Positions 17,238-18,276 of a stretch of DNA of 18,276 bases are shown here, piece after piece. The stretch is from Planctomycetota bacterium (GTDB taxonomy: Bacteria > Planctomycetota > SZUA-567 > H5-PLA8): assembly GCA_045863855.1 (NCBI GenBank), contig BTVV01000122.1, positions 1 to 18,276 of the forward strand, in the 5' to 3' direction. The stretch's first letter is position 1; each line of letters opens with the position of its first letter. Below the pieces are notes generated by a model that saw only the letters and a list, made by a program, of their open reading frames with translations, did no database searches and was not told the origin of the DNA. The position numbers and the translations under genes are program-made.

Positions 17238-18138
17238 GCGCGGCTCGAGCTTTCTCGATGCATCCGTGACAGGCAAAATCCTCTTCTCCGCTCTTCATGC
17301 GAACTTTCTTGACGTGGTCCAGGCACGCGCTGGCGCCGCAAACCCGGCACGCCACCAGGCAATCGTGGCAGCGTCCCGCTTCACAGACCGCGCAATGCCC
17401 TGCGTGTTCGGAGCAGACCGCTTGCTGGCATGCCGCGCAGCGATAGCCGCATTTGGCACAGACGGAACGCTTGCAGGTCGAACAGGAGACCAGATCGCAC
17501 TTCAAGCAGGTTAAGCCGCTGCAAACGGGACAGCTCATCACACAATTTTCGCACGCCACGTGCAAATTCGTACACGCCTGCATTTCGCTGGGATCGCCGC
17601 GCTTGCCGCAGTTCGCACACGTGTCGCCCACCACCGCCGAACCGTCTTCTCGCCGCCCCGTCGCTTCGCCGACCGACAGAAGCGCGGAAAAGTCCGTCGT
17701 GTCCAGCGGCAGACGATCCTTGTTCTCCACGGCCCATTTGGCGGCTTCGCCATTCAGAGGGCTCTTGATGTTATAGGACTGAAAACTCAGCATCTCCGCG
17801 ATCCGCACGACCAGGTTGGCGAGCGACTCGCCGGCCGCCCAATGGTCGCCGATGCAGATGGCATGCGGCGCGATATTGGGATGAAAGACCGGGGTCAACA
17901 TGCGGCATTGTGGCGCCATGCGCGGATAGCTGCCCGTCAGCGTAATCTCGATCTGAAACTGATTGCGGATCTGAAAACCGCCGTCGAGACGCTTCTCCAT
18001 GCCCGTGACCAAATACTCGAGCTGATACTTCTCCGGCGGATTTCCCAGGGTCTTCTTGATGCGGATGCGGGAATCCTTGGTGAAGAAACTGCTGAGCTTG
18101 TCGTAATCGGCCTTGAGGCGCCGCAGCCGGACACTCAT
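17227..18138 (-). CDS. Ubiquitin-conjugating enzyme E2 domain fused to a C-terminal Cys/His-rich multi-zinc region (303 aa)
   Basis: UBC hallmarks: helix RLRRLKADY, FQIEITLTGSYPRMAPQCRMLTPVF-HPN-I, Cys95 (codon 17856-17854), downstream W, and SPLNGEAA. Residues 174-293 hold 14 Cys/His ligand pairs. SD GAAAGGGAG. Confidence 0.9.
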   Translation of the reverse strand: MSVRLRRLKADYDKLSSFFTKDSRIRIKKTLGNPPEKYQLEYLVTGMEKRLDGGFQIRNQFQIEITLTGSYPRMAPQCRMLTPVFHPNIAPHAICIGDHWAAGESLANLVVRIAEMLSFQSYNIKSPLNGEAAKWAVENKDRLPLDTTDFSALLSVGEATGRREDGSAVVGDTCANCGKRGDPSEMQACTNLHVACENCVMSCPVCSGLTCLKCDLVSCSTCKRSVCAKCGYRCAACQQAVCSEHAGHCAVCEAGRCHDCLVACRVCGASACLDHVKKVRMKSGEEDFACHGCIEKARAARAG

Positions 18139-18275
18139 GGCGTCTCCCTTTCGGTGAAGCTCAGCCAGCGTTCCTGCTCCCCGGCGTCGAGCAATTTCAA
18201 CAAGGTCATCGTACTGATCGCGAAGCTCAACCCTTCGGCCACCTGCGTATCTTCCGTCAACGTGTTGATTCCCAC
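18135..18275 (-). CDS. C-terminus of a trypsin-like (S1C/HtrA-type) serine protease, truncated by the window edge; not in the ORF track
   Basis: Translates to VGINTLTEDTQVAEGLSFAISTMTLLKLLDAGEQERWLSFTERETP*. VGINT...GL.FAI is the conserved end of the HtrA-type protease domain. Its stop overlaps the E2 start (ATGA). Confidence 0.75.
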   Translation of the reverse strand: MGINTLTEDTQVAEGLSFAISTMTLLKLLDAGEQERWLSFTERETP

Positions 18276-18276
18276 T

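Noticed and set aside
17260..17619. Cys-rich region as a multiheme cytochrome or ferredoxin
   Set aside because: No CxxCH heme motifs and no export signal; the spacing does not fit the ferredoxin CxxCxxCxxxCP pattern.
1..18276. CRISPR array, tRNA/rRNA, IS element or prophage
   Set aside because: No regularly spaced nucleotide repeats, cloverleaf or rRNA signatures, transposase/integrase or phage genes were seen by eye; a computational scan would be more sensitive.

Overview
GC-rich bacterial DNA. The gene repertoire suggests a Planctomycetota/PVC-type organism, but that is inference only. From left to right: (1) the 3' end of a PKD-domain protein gene and a perfect 16-bp hairpin; (2) a likely sigma54 promoter with tandem upstream palindromes, driving CBS-domain, DUF3300 and DUF2950 genes and a decayed universal-stress-protein gene; (3) a lower-GC spacer with gene remnants and hairpins; (4) an apparently leaderless GntR-type regulator, divergent from two giant paralogous secreted proteins (about 1460 and 1800 aa; glycoside-hydrolase-like barrel, beta-propellers, and a discoidin-like domain in the second); (5) a cold-shock protein; (6) at the right edge, the tail of a minus-strand operon: trypsin-like serine protease (partial), then a ubiquitin-conjugating E2 fused to a RING-like knuckle and a 15-aa zinc-ligand repeat array, then a DUF2752 membrane protein. 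The E2 operon is the best candidate for an undescribed system, but any Ubl/E1/JAB partners would lie outside the window. No tRNA, rRNA, CRISPR array or transposase was recognised. All family calls come from reading motifs by eye, not from database searches.
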